Part shown: positions 1 through 10,458 of the stretch, in pieces
Position numbering within the stretch: position 1 is the stretch's first letter
How the letters are laid out: each line of letters opens with the position of its first letter
NCBI GenBank assembly: GCA_041613315.1
Contig: JBFJHJ010000007.1
Coordinates: forward strand, 1 to 64,000
Length of the DNA: 64,000 bases
Direction: 5' to 3'
Source of the DNA: Gemmatimonadales bacterium
GTDB taxonomy: Bacteria > Gemmatimonadota > Gemmatimonadetes > Gemmatimonadales > GWC2-71-9
The notes under the pieces: model-generated
Database searches by the model: none
What the model was told of the DNA's origin: nothing
What the model saw: only the letters and a program-made list of their open reading frames with translations
Made by a program: the position numbers and the translations under genes

Positions 1-379
1 CATGGCTCGCGGGCGCGCCGCGGCGCGCGCCGCCGGCATCCCGATCTGGGATGCCCCGGCGGCGCCCTGTCTCGCGAGCCGCGTGCGCTACGGGCTCGCC
101 GTGACGCCCGAGCGGCTCCGCGCGGTGGAGCAGGGCGAGGCGCTGCTCCGTGGATTCGGCGTGGGCGGGGACCTGCGGGTGCGGCACCGGGGCGAGGAAG
201 CGCGCATCGAGGTCGCCCCCGCGGAGTTCGCCACCGTGCGGCGGCACCGTGACCGGCTGAGCGCGGCGTTCCTGGAGCTCGGCTTCGACCGGGTGACGCT
301 CGACCTCGCCGGCTACCGGCGGGGCAGTCAGCTCGCCCCGCGCGCGCCGGCGCTCGAGGTGCTGGCCGAGCGCGCCTGA
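1..379 (+). CDS. larE: ATP-dependent sacrificial sulfur transferase LarE-like (TIGR00268), 3' part; 5' end lies outside the window
   Basis: WDAPAAPCLASR, LRVRH..ARIEV and GFDRVTLDLAGYRRGS match the LarE C-terminal half. Confidence 0.85.
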   Translation, partial: MARGRAAARAAGIPIWDAPAAPCLASRVRYGLAVTPERLRAVEQGEALLRGFGVGGDLRVRHRGEEARIEVAPAEFATVRRHRDRLSAAFLELGFDRVTLDLAGYRRGSQLAPRAPALEVLAERA

Positions 380-384
380 GCGCC

Positions 385-945
385 GTGCGCCTGTTCATCG
401 CCATCAACCTGCCCGCCGAGCTACGACGCACCCTGTGGGAGGCGACCGCGCCCCTCCGCACGCCGGACGTTCCGATTCGCTGGGTCGCCCCCGAAGCCAT
501 CCATCTGACGCTCAAGTTCCTGGGTGACGTGGCGCCGCCCCTCTCCGACCCCGTGGCGGAGGGCGTGAGCCGCGCCGTGGGCACGGCGCGGCGCTTCACG
601 CTGCCCATCGGCGGGTTCGGTGCGTTCCCCTCGGTGCGCCGGCCACGCGTCGTATGGGTCGGGTGCGAGGCCGTCCCACCACTCGAGCTGCTGCAACACC
701 GGGTCGAGCAGGAGATGGCGGCCCTGGGCTTCGAGGTCGAGGGACGTCCGTTCCGGCCGCACCTCACGCTGGGCCGGGTGCGGGGCGATGCGCGCGGCGC
801 GCCGTTCCGCGACTTCGAGCGGACGCTCGAGCCGCTCACCTACGACGCGGAGGCGCCGGTCGAGGCCGTGGAGCTCATGGAGAGCCGGCTGTCCCGCGCC
901 GGCGCGACCTACACGGTGCGGCACCGCGCGGAGCTCCGCGCGTGA
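385..945 (+). CDS. thpR: RNA 2',3'-cyclic phosphodiesterase (2H phosphoesterase, LigT/ThpR)
   Basis: MRLFIAI start; two HxT motifs (HLTLKFLG, PHLTLGR). Confidence 0.93.
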   Translation: MRLFIAINLPAELRRTLWEATAPLRTPDVPIRWVAPEAIHLTLKFLGDVAPPLSDPVAEGVSRAVGTARRFTLPIGGFGAFPSVRRPRVVWVGCEAVPPLELLQHRVEQEMAALGFEVEGRPFRPHLTLGRVRGDARGAPFRDFERTLEPLTYDAEAPVEAVELMESRLSRAGATYTVRHRAELRA

Positions 946-1615
946 TCCAGCGGCTCCAGGGCTGTTTCCGGAACCTGTTCGCCGGCGTGGGCTGCGTCGC
1001 GGTGCTCGTGGTCGGCGGCTTCGCCGCATGGGAGTACCGCGCGCACCTCGACGACTGGTATCGCTGGACGGCCGCGCGGGTCCGGCGGGTGGTCGCCGGC
1101 CGGCCGCCGACGTCCGCGGGGGGTGTGGCCTCGGCGGCGGCGCTGCGCGCGGCGCAACGTAAGGAATCGGCGATGGCCCGCCCGGACGACCCCGCCTACG
1201 TGGTGCTGACCGCGGACGAGGTGGCGTCGCTCATTGCCGTGCGGCTCGAGCCCTTGCCGCGCACGGCGCTGGACTCGCTCCAGGTGGTGCTCGCCGATGG
1301 CCGCTTCGGGCTCGCCGCCCAGCTCAGCACCGAAGGGCTGAGCGCCGCAGCGTTGGGGCCGCTGGCGGAGTTCGTGGGACCGACCCAGCCCGTGCGGCTC
1401 GCGGGTCCCGTACGGATCCTGGGTCGGGGGCGCCTGGGGTGGGAGCCGGACGAGGTCGTGATTCGCGCGATCCCGCTGCCGCGGGCGGCGGTCACGCGGC
1501 TGGTGGAGCATCTTACGGGGGACGCGCGTGGGGTGTTTATCATTACGGTGCCCGAGACCGTAGGAGACGTGCGGGTGCGGGTGGACGGAGTCACGTTTTA
1601 CCGACGGACGGAGTA

Positions 1616-1616
<1 letters not shown>
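942..1616 (+). CDS. Hypothetical protein with N-terminal membrane anchor
   Basis: GTG at 942 overlaps the thpR stop (GTGA); hydrophobic segment LFAGVGCVAVLVVGGFAAW; fills the gap between flanking genes. Confidence 0.75.
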
Positions 1617-2971
<1,355 letters not shown>

Positions 2972-2978
2972 GCGTGAC

Positions 2979-4469
2979 ATGACGAAGACGTTCAAGAACT
3001 TTATCGGGGGCGAGTGGGTCGAGCCCTCGACGGGCGCGTACCTGGAGAACCGCAACCCGGCCCGGTGGTCCACCGTGATCGGGCGCTTTCCCGACTCTGG
3101 TCCGGAGGACGTCGCTCGCGCCGTGGCGGCCGCGACGCGCGGGTTCGCGCGCTGGTCCGCGACGCCGGCGCCGCTCCGGGGCGATGTGCTGCGCCGGACG
3201 GGCGACCTGCTCGCCGCCCGGAAAGACGAGATCGCCGCGGCGATGACGCGGGAGATGGGCAAGGTGCTCGCCGAGACCCGTGGCGACGTCCAGGAGGGGA
3301 TCGACACCGCGTACTACGCGGCGACCGAGGGGCGCCGGCTGTTCGGCCACACGGTGCCGTCGGAGCTGCGTCAGAAGTGGGCGATGTCCTACCGCCGGCC
3401 CGTGGGCGTGGCCGGCGTGATCACGCCGTTCAACTTCCCGCTGGCGATCCCCACCTGGAAGATCTTCCCCGCTCTCGTGTGCGGGAACGCCGTGATCTTC
3501 AAGCCCGCGGAAGACGTACCGCACACCGCGACGCTGTTCGTGGAGATCCTGCTCGAGGCCGGGCTCCCGCCCGAGGTGATCCAACTGGTCCACGGCCGCG
3601 GCGAGGTGGTGGGCAAGGCGATCGTGGAGCATCCGGCCGTCCCGCTCGTCTCCTTTACCGGCTCGACCGAGACGGGCGCGTTCATCGGGCACACGTGCGG
3701 GCGGATGCACAAGCGGCTCTCGCTCGAGATGGGCGGCAAGAACGCGCAGATCGTGCTGGCCGACGCGGACCTGGACCTCGCGTTGGACGGGGTGCTGTGG
3801 GGCGCGTTCGGCACCACGGGCCAGCGGTGCACCGCCACGTCGCGCTTGATCGTGGAGGCGCCGATCCACGACCGGTTCGTGGCCATGGTGTGCGAGGCGG
3901 CGGGCGCCCTGCGGCTGGGCGACGGGCTCGAGCCCACGACCGACGTGGGGCCCCTGATCAACGAGGCGGCGGGGCGCAAGGTGGAGGCCTACGTGGAGAT
4001 TGGCAAGAAGGAAGGGGCAACCCTGGCGCTGGGGGGTGAGGCCCCGCGCGACGGCGCGCTCGCGGACGGCTTCTTCTATCGGCCGACGGTGTTCACCGGC
4101 GTCATGCCGTGCACGCGGCTCGAGCAGGAGGAGATCTTCGGCCCCGTCTTGAGCGTCGTCCGCGTCGCGGATCTGGACGAAGCGATCCGAGTCAACAACG
4201 ACGTCAAGTACGGGCTCTCCAGCAGTCTGTATACGCGGAACCTCGCGGCGGCCTTCCGAGCGATGACCGAGCTGGACACCGGCATCTCGTACATCAACGC
4301 CCCGACGATCGGCGCCGAGGCGCACTTGCCGTTCGGCGGCGTGAAGCAGACGGGGAACGGCCATCGGGAGGGTGGGTGGGAGGTCTACGACTTCTACACG
4401 GAGACCAAAGTGGTCTACGTGGACTACTCGGGGACGCTCCAGAAGGCCCAGATCGACACCTACGAGTAG
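2979..4469 (+). CDS. NAD(P)-dependent aldehyde dehydrogenase family protein
   Basis: ITPFNFP, FTGS, LEMGGKN, GQRCTA, EEIFGP and PFGGVK motifs. Confidence 0.95.
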   Translation: MTKTFKNFIGGEWVEPSTGAYLENRNPARWSTVIGRFPDSGPEDVARAVAAATRGFARWSATPAPLRGDVLRRTGDLLAARKDEIAAAMTREMGKVLAETRGDVQEGIDTAYYAATEGRRLFGHTVPSELRQKWAMSYRRPVGVAGVITPFNFPLAIPTWKIFPALVCGNAVIFKPAEDVPHTATLFVEILLEAGLPPEVIQLVHGRGEVVGKAIVEHPAVPLVSFTGSTETGAFIGHTCGRMHKRLSLEMGGKNAQIVLADADLDLALDGVLWGAFGTTGQRCTATSRLIVEAPIHDRFVAMVCEAAGALRLGDGLEPTTDVGPLINEAAGRKVEAYVEIGKKEGATLALGGEAPRDGALADGFFYRPTVFTGVMPCTRLEQEEIFGPVLSVVRVADLDEAIRVNNDVKYGLSSSLYTRNLAAAFRAMTELDTGISYINAPTIGAEAHLPFGGVKQTGNGHREGGWEVYDFYTETKVVYVDYSGTLQKAQIDTYE

Positions 4470-4575
4470 ACGGATGCGCGGCCCCACGCCGGTCGCCCCT
4501 CCAGGCGCGATAATCCGATACGTGGGCGCAAGAGAACCGTGGGAGCGGCCGCGACGGCCGGCGTTAGGCTCGTGC

Positions 4576-4827
4576 ATGACGACGACGCACCAGTCGGTCG
4601 CGGTGATCTTGAGCGCTGGCGGGGCGGTGCTCGATCGCGAGGCCCTGGCGGACCTGCCCCTTGGCCGGGTCGTGCGCGCGGAGTTCGCAGTGGGGGAACG
4701 GGCGGCGTGCGCCGCGCTCACGGTGGCGCACCGGTGTAGTGTGACCGATCTCACAGTCGCCGTTCGAGAGTGGGCGCGGGCACGGGGGTGGTCGGTGACC
4801 ATTGCGCCGCTGGTTCGGGGTGGCTAA
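4576..4827 (+). CDS. Small hypothetical protein (83 aa)
   Basis: ATG at 4576 lies 5 nt after a TAGGCT -10-like hexamer; ORF sits in an otherwise empty gap. Confidence 0.5.
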   Translation: MTTTHQSVAVILSAGGAVLDREALADLPLGRVVRAEFAVGERAACAALTVAHRCSVTDLTVAVREWARARGWSVTIAPLVRGG

Positions 4828-5066
4828 CGTAAACGGCAGCGAGAGTTGGAGGTGCACGACGCCGACAGTACGGTGCACGTGGTGGATTTGCGGGGCGGCC
4901 CGTCGGCCGTTCCGTTGCGCGTCCGGTCGGGTGGTGCGACCGGTCGGCGCTTCCACGTCGCGCGTGTGTCGGAGCTGACGAACCGAGGGGTGTGCGGGCG
5001 TGCCGGCACGGCCGCCCGTCGTCGTTTCAGGCGCGCGTCACGTATGCGGCGGAGGAACCGCATTGT

Positions 5067-5924
5067 ATGCGACTGAGCTCCGTCAAGAAGACATCGGTCG
5101 ACGAAGGCTCGCTCGACCAGTACCTCCGAGAGATCAGCCAGTATCCCCTCATCACGCGCGATGACGAGGTCTCCCTCGCCCAACGCATCCGCGGCGGTTG
5201 TCAGGAATCGCTCGACAAGCTCGTGCGAAGCAACCTGCGCTTCGTCGTCTCGGTCGCGAAGAAGTACCAGAACCAGGGCGTGAGCCTGTCCGACCTGATC
5301 AACGAGGGCAACCTCGGGCTCATTCGCGCCGCCCACAAGTTCGACGAGACCAAGGGCATCAAGTTCATCTCCTACGCAGTCTGGTGGATCCGTCAGGCGA
5401 TCCTCCAGGCGCTGGCGGAGCAAAGCCGCATCGTGCGCGTCCCCCTCAACCGGGCGGGCACGCTCCACCGCATCGGGAAGCGGTCGTCGGCGCTGCAACA
5501 GGAGTTGGGACGGGAGCCGACGGTGGAGGAGATCGCCGAAGGCATGGACATCTCCGAGGAGGAGGTGGCCAAGACGCTCTCGATCTCTCAGAGCCACCTC
5601 TCGCTCGACGCGCCGCTCACGCCGGGCGAGGACAACAAGCTGCTGGACTACCTCCCCGATACCCAGAACCCCACGCCCGACGAGCAGACATTCGAGCGGG
5701 CCCTCTCCGACTCGATCGAGGAAGTCCTGTCCACGCTCAAAGACCGGGAAGCCAAGATCCTCCGGCTGTACTTCGGCCTCGACGGCCAGGAGCCGATGAC
5801 GCTCGAGGAGATCGGGAGCATGATGGGGATCACCCGCGAGCGCGTCCGCCAGATCAAGGAAAAGGCGCTCGCGCGGCTCCGCCACGTGAGCCGGGCGCGG
5901 GCGCTGGAGAGCTTCCTCTTCTGA
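5067..5924 (+). CDS. RNA polymerase sigma factor, RpoD/SigA family (lacks region 1.1)
   Basis: LDQYLREI (region 1.2), NLRFVVSVAKKY, KFISYAVWWIRQAI, TLEEIG..ITRERVRQI; SD GGAGG at 5051-5055. Confidence 0.93.
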   Translation: MRLSSVKKTSVDEGSLDQYLREISQYPLITRDDEVSLAQRIRGGCQESLDKLVRSNLRFVVSVAKKYQNQGVSLSDLINEGNLGLIRAAHKFDETKGIKFISYAVWWIRQAILQALAEQSRIVRVPLNRAGTLHRIGKRSSALQQELGREPTVEEIAEGMDISEEEVAKTLSISQSHLSLDAPLTPGEDNKLLDYLPDTQNPTPDEQTFERALSDSIEEVLSTLKDREAKILRLYFGLDGQEPMTLEEIGSMMGITRERVRQIKEKALARLRHVSRARALESFLF

Positions 5925-5929
5925 AACGA

Positions 5930-6009
5930 ATAAATGGTGAAAAGTGAACGGTGAAGTGAGCGCGGCATCGCGCACGGCGCCGTTCACGTTTCACGTTTCA
6001 CCTTTCACC
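5930..6009. repeat. Intergenic palindrome of heptamer repeats (GTGAANN)x3 ... (NNTTCAC)x4
   Basis: GTGAAAA GTGAACG GTGAAGT at 5937-5957; CGTTCAC GTTTCAC GTTTCAC CTTTCAC at 5981-6008. Confidence 0.8.
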
Positions 6010-6026
6010 GGTGTTATTCCCCTTCC

Positions 6027-7340
6027 ATGAAACTCGGCGTGATCTCCCTCGGGTGCGACAAGGCCACCGTAGATTCCGAGCGCCTGGTCGGCGAGCTCGT
6101 GGGCCACGGTGCGCGCGTCGTTCCGGACCCGGAGGCCGCCGACGTGGTGCTGGTCAACACGTGCGGGTTCATCGATGCCGCGAAGCGGGAATCCATCGAG
6201 GCGATCCTCGCCGCCACGCGGCTCAAGGCACAGGGTGTGAAGGCGGTCGTCGCCGTGGGCTGTCTCGTCCAGCGCTATCGCGAGGAGCTCCAGCGCGAGA
6301 TCCCCGAGGTGGATCTCTTCCTGGGGTTCGGCGACCTGTTCAAGCTGGTGCCCGCTCTGGCCGCCCGCGGCCTCCTCAGCGATCCGGTGGCGGCGCACCC
6401 CGGGGTGCGCCAGTACCTGGGGGACGGCCCGCACGTGCGCTATCTCAAGATCTCCGAGGGCTGCGATCACGGCTGTGCCTTCTGCGCGATCCCGCTGATG
6501 CGGGGACGGCACCGCTCGGAGCCGCTCGAGCGCCTGGTGCGCGAGGCGCAGGAGCTCGAGGCGCAGGGGGCGCGCGAGATCAACCTCGTGGCGCAGGACC
6601 TCGGGCATTACGGTCGAGACCTGGGACGCGGCGGCCCCGGGCTGCCTGACCTCCTGTCGGCGCTCCTGGCGGACACCACCGTGCCGTGGTTCCGCCTGCT
6701 CTACGTGTACTCCGCGGGGCTCACCGAGCGGCTGGTGGACCTCATGGCGCGCGAGCCGCGGATCGTCCCCTACCTCGATATTCCCATTCAGCACGCCGCC
6801 GATCGCATGCTCGCCCGCATGCGCCGGCCCGAGCGCCAGGCGACGATCCGCGAGAAGGTGCGGTGGCTGCGGGAGGCGGTGCCCGACATCGCGATCCGTA
6901 CCACGACGATCGTCGGGTTCCCAGGTGAGACCGACGACGACTTCAGCGTCCTGTGCGACTTCGCCGAGGAGATGGCGTTCGAGCGCTTGGGCGTCTTCAC
7001 GTATTCGGAGCAAGAGGGGACGCGCGCCGCGCGGTATCCGGACGACGTCCCCGACGAGGTCAAGCGCGCGCGCCAGGAAGAGCTGCTCGAGCTGCAGCGG
7101 GCGGTCTCGGAAGACCGGCTCGCCCGCTACGTCGGCCGGGAGACGGCGGTCCTCGTGGACCGCGTGGCTGACCCCGACGACGGCGGCGCCACGCACGTCG
7201 GCCGCGTTCCCTGGCAGGCGGACGACGTGGACGGCGTCACGTACGTCACCCAGGGCGGCTGGGCCCGGTCGGGGGACTTCGTCCGCGCCCGGGTCGAGGG
7301 CAATCGAGACTACGACTTCGAGGCGGCGGCGCTCCGGTGA
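6027..7340 (+). CDS. rimO: Ribosomal protein S12 methylthiotransferase RimO
   Basis: SLGCDKATVDSE, NTCGFI, YLKISEGCDHGCAFC radical-SAM motif, C-terminal TRAM domain. Confidence 0.95.
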   Translation: MKLGVISLGCDKATVDSERLVGELVGHGARVVPDPEAADVVLVNTCGFIDAAKRESIEAILAATRLKAQGVKAVVAVGCLVQRYREELQREIPEVDLFLGFGDLFKLVPALAARGLLSDPVAAHPGVRQYLGDGPHVRYLKISEGCDHGCAFCAIPLMRGRHRSEPLERLVREAQELEAQGAREINLVAQDLGHYGRDLGRGGPGLPDLLSALLADTTVPWFRLLYVYSAGLTERLVDLMAREPRIVPYLDIPIQHAADRMLARMRRPERQATIREKVRWLREAVPDIAIRTTTIVGFPGETDDDFSVLCDFAEEMAFERLGVFTYSEQEGTRAARYPDDVPDEVKRARQEELLELQRAVSEDRLARYVGRETAVLVDRVADPDDGGATHVGRVPWQADDVDGVTYVTQGGWARSGDFVRARVEGNRDYDFEAAALR

Positions 7341-8623
7341 GGGGCGCCGCCGATCTGTGGCGCCGCGCGCAGGCCGTCCTTCCGGGCGGCGTCAACTCCC
7401 CGGTGCGGGCGTTCCGGGCGGTGGGCGGCGACCCGTTCTTCGTGCGCGAGGCCCACGGCGCGCATCTCACCACCACTGACGACGAGACGCTGGTGGACTA
7501 CGTGCTCTCATGGGGGGCGATCCTCCTGGGGCACGACGCACCGGAGGTGCGCGAGACGCTCAGCCACGCGCTCGCTCGCGGCACGTCCTACGGCGTCACG
7601 TGCGAGGCCGAGATCGAGCTCGCGGAGCTGGTGGTGGAGCTCGTTCCGTCGGTCGAGATGGTTCGGTTCGTCAACAGCGGTACCGAGGCGACGATGTCCG
7701 CCATCCGCCTGGCGCGGGCGGCGACGGGGCGGGACCTCATCCTCAAGTTCGACGGCGCGTACCACGGGCATGCCGATAGCTTTCTGGTCGCGGCAGGCAG
7801 CGGCGTGGCGACGCTGGGCCTGCCCAACAGCCCCGGCGTGCCCGCCGAGCTAGCGCGACTCACGCTCACGGCGGCGTTCAACGACCTCGCCGCGGTCGAG
7901 GCGCTGCTCGACGCGCATCGCGATCGCGTCGCGGCGGTGATCGTCGAGCCGTACTTCGGGAACGCCGGGTTCATTCCGCCGGCCGCGGGCTTCCTCGAAG
8001 GGCTGCGGCGCCTCACGTCGGCGCGCGGGGTGCTCCTCATCTTCGACGAGGTCATGACGGGGTTCCGGGTCCATCCGGGCGGCGCCCAGGCGCGAACGGG
8101 GGTGTCGCCCGACCTCACGACCCTCGGGAAAGTGATCGGCGGCGGCCTGCCGGTGGGCGCGTACGGTGGCCGTCGCGACCTCATGGAACGGATCGCCCCG
8201 TCCGGCCCCGTGTACCAGGCGGGGACGCTCTCGGGCAACCCGCTCGCGATGGCGGCCGGCCTCGCCGCGCTCCGCACCGCGCGGGCGTGCAGCGTGTGGG
8301 AAGTGCTGGAGCGGCGATCGGCGGCGCTCGTCGCCGGACTCGCGGAGGCCGCGCGCACCGTGGGAGTGCCGGTGACGGGCGGGCACGCCGGCGGGATGTG
8401 GGGCTGCTTCTTCCATGAGGGACCCGTGCTCGACTTCGCCGCGGCCACAGCCAGTGATACCGCGCTCTTCTCGCGATTCCACCGTGCCGCGCGCGGCCTG
8501 GGGGTGTTCCTCCCCCCGTCCCCCTTCGAGGCCGTGTTCGTCTCGGCGGCCCATACGGATGCGATCGTTGCAGATACCATCGACCGTCTGGCGGACGCGC
8601 TGGCACACGCCGCTCGCGGCTAG
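7337..8623 (+). CDS. hemL: Glutamate-1-semialdehyde 2,1-aminomutase
   Basis: PGGVNSPVRAF, NSGTEATMSA, FDEVMTGFR, GKVIGGGLPVGAYGG, YQAGTLSGNP. Confidence 0.96.
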   Translation: MRGAADLWRRAQAVLPGGVNSPVRAFRAVGGDPFFVREAHGAHLTTTDDETLVDYVLSWGAILLGHDAPEVRETLSHALARGTSYGVTCEAEIELAELVVELVPSVEMVRFVNSGTEATMSAIRLARAATGRDLILKFDGAYHGHADSFLVAAGSGVATLGLPNSPGVPAELARLTLTAAFNDLAAVEALLDAHRDRVAAVIVEPYFGNAGFIPPAAGFLEGLRRLTSARGVLLIFDEVMTGFRVHPGGAQARTGVSPDLTTLGKVIGGGLPVGAYGGRRDLMERIAPSGPVYQAGTLSGNPLAMAAGLAALRTARACSVWEVLERRSAALVAGLAEAARTVGVPVTGGHAGGMWGCFFHEGPVLDFAAATASDTALFSRFHRAARGLGVFLPPSPFEAVFVSAAHTDAIVADTIDRLADALAHAARG

Positions 8624-9827
8624 CGCGGCGCTCGCCGCCGCGCTAGCCGCGTGTGCGCGCCCGAGCGTCCTGGAGCGGGTCGGCACCGAGCCCGACCTCC
8701 GCGTGGGGCTCGCCGTCGGCGTCTCGACCGTCCGGATCGGCGGTGAGGGAGCGCTGGTGGCGATCCGCGAGGGCAGCGCCCAGTTCCGGCTGCCCGCAGG
8801 GGTCGAGTCGCGGCTCGCGCCGGAAGGTCGCGGCGTGCGGGTGCTCGACGGACCCGGCGCGGGGCAGTACGAGGCGCTGGCCTTCGTGGGACTCGAGTCG
8901 GGGCGCTTCGTGCTGGTGGATGGGAAGCCGTATCGGGGGATCGTAGAGGTGGCGGCCGGGGCGGGCGGACTCGTCGTCGTCAACCAGCTGCCGCTCGAGG
9001 CCTACGTCGCCGGCGTCGTGAACGCCGAGATGGGCCGGCGTGCGCCGGAGGAGCAGCCGGCCGTCGAAGCGCAGGCGCTGGTGTCCCGCACGTACGCCCT
9101 GGCCAATCGGGGCAAGTTCGCGTCGGGAGGCTTCGACGTCCGCGCCAGCGTCGCCGACCAGGTCTACGGAGGCGTCGGCGCCGAAACGGCCGAGGGCCGC
9201 GCCGCCGTGCGGGCCACCGCCGGGCAGGTGATCACGTATCGAGGGCAGCTGATCACCACGTTCTTTCACTCGACGTGCGGGGGCGTCACCGCCGACGTGA
9301 CGGACGCGTTTTACAGCGCCCGTCCCGTACCCTATCTGCGCCACGTGTCCGACCGCCGCCCGTCGGGCGGTGCGTACTGCGACCGGTCACCGCGGTTCCG
9401 CTGGAGCGTCGAGTGGGATGGCACCCTGCTGCTGGATATATTACGGCGGACCGTGCCCGCGACGCTCGGGGTGGAAGCGGAGCAGGTCGACGAGGTGCGC
9501 GACGTGCGCGTGCGCCGCGTGGGACCCTCGGGGCGGGTCGCCGAGATCCGCGTGGATGTGGGACGCGGAGAGATTCCAGTGTTCGGACCCGACGTGCGGG
9601 CCGTGTTCGAGACCTCCGACGGCCGGGTGCTCGGGAGCACCGCGTTCCTGTTCGAGGCGGAGCGTCGCGACGGCGTCGTGCGGCGGCTCGTCGCGCATGG
9701 CACGGGATGGGGCCACGGGGTCGGGCTGTGCCAGTGGGGCGCCGTGGGGCGCGCGCGGGCGGGGCAAGACGCCGCCACCATCGTCACCACCTACTTTCCG
9801 GGGACGACCATTGTCCGCCTCTATTAG
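8559..9827 (+). CDS. SpoIID/LytB domain lytic transglycosylase, probable lipoprotein (start uncertain)
   Basis: LAAC lipobox; YRG..VVNQLPLEAYVAGVVNAEM, AQALVSRTY, DQVYGG, FHSTCGG, GWGHGVGLCQWGA. Confidence 0.88.
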   Translation: MRSLQIPSTVWRTRWHTPLAASAALAAALAACARPSVLERVGTEPDLRVGLAVGVSTVRIGGEGALVAIREGSAQFRLPAGVESRLAPEGRGVRVLDGPGAGQYEALAFVGLESGRFVLVDGKPYRGIVEVAAGAGGLVVVNQLPLEAYVAGVVNAEMGRRAPEEQPAVEAQALVSRTYALANRGKFASGGFDVRASVADQVYGGVGAETAEGRAAVRATAGQVITYRGQLITTFFHSTCGGVTADVTDAFYSARPVPYLRHVSDRRPSGGAYCDRSPRFRWSVEWDGTLLLDILRRTVPATLGVEAEQVDEVRDVRVRRVGPSGRVAEIRVDVGRGEIPVFGPDVRAVFETSDGRVLGSTAFLFEAERRDGVVRRLVAHGTGWGHGVGLCQWGAVGRARAGQDAATIVTTYFPGTTIVRLY

Positions 9828-10458
9828 ACTCGCGCTCCTCCTTCTCGTATTGCCGGCCCCGCTCGCCGCGCAAGGCTTCCTCGACCGCTTCAGCTACGAA
9901 GGGACCCGCCTGTCGGGCATCGGGTTCGACTTCGGCGCCATCGCGTCGGACCGGCTCACCTCGGAGCCCACCGGCGCGCTGCGCGTGGACTACGGCTTCA
10001 TCGCGCCCAACGTGCGGCTGCTCTTCAGCGTGGGCTACTTCAAGGCCGCGTTCGCCGCCGAGGAGATCGCGCAGTTCGAAACGCGGCTGCGGGGAGTGGT
10101 GCAGGATCCGACGAACGATTTCACCATCGACGTGGGGACGATCTCGCTGGTGGACGTCGCGGCGTCTCTCGACCTCCAGTACATGTTCGACCCCGACGGC
10201 GACGTGATCCCCTACCTCGGGGTGGGGCTCGGGGTGCACGTGCGCGATGCGGACGGGCAGGCCATTCAGGGGACGTTCGTGGAGGACGCTCTGGGGACGA
10301 TCGCCGCGGGCGTAACGCTGTCCGCCGGCCTGGAGATCCCGCTCGCGCGGTGGCTGCGCCTCACAACGGACCTCCGCGGCGAGCTGACCAGCGAGCTGCG
10401 CACGCTCACCGCACGCGGCGGCTTCATGTTCCGCTTTCCCCGCCGGGCCGGCCCGTGA
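9811..10458 (+). CDS. Secreted protein, probable outer-membrane beta-barrel
   Basis: TTG start; signal peptide ending ..PLAAQ; amphipathic beta-strands and a VIPYLGVGLG motif. Confidence 0.65.
   Translation: MSASIRLALLLLVLPAPLAAQGFLDRFSYEGTRLSGIGFDFGAIASDRLTSEPTGALRVDYGFIAPNVRLLFSVGYFKAAFAAEEIAQFETRLRGVVQDPTNDFTIDVGTISLVDVAASLDLQYMFDPDGDVIPYLGVGLGVHVRDADGQAIQGTFVEDALGTIAAGVTLSAGLEIPLARWLRLTTDLRGELTSELRTLTARGGFMFRFPRRAGP

Noticed and set aside
5988..6001. GTTTCACGTTTCAC as a parS site
   Set aside because: Matches only one half of the parS palindrome GTTTCACGTGAAAC; better explained as part of the heptamer array
5930..6009. Heptamer arrays as CRISPR or iterons
   Set aside because: No 23-50-nt repeats with unique spacers, and no cas or rep gene nearby
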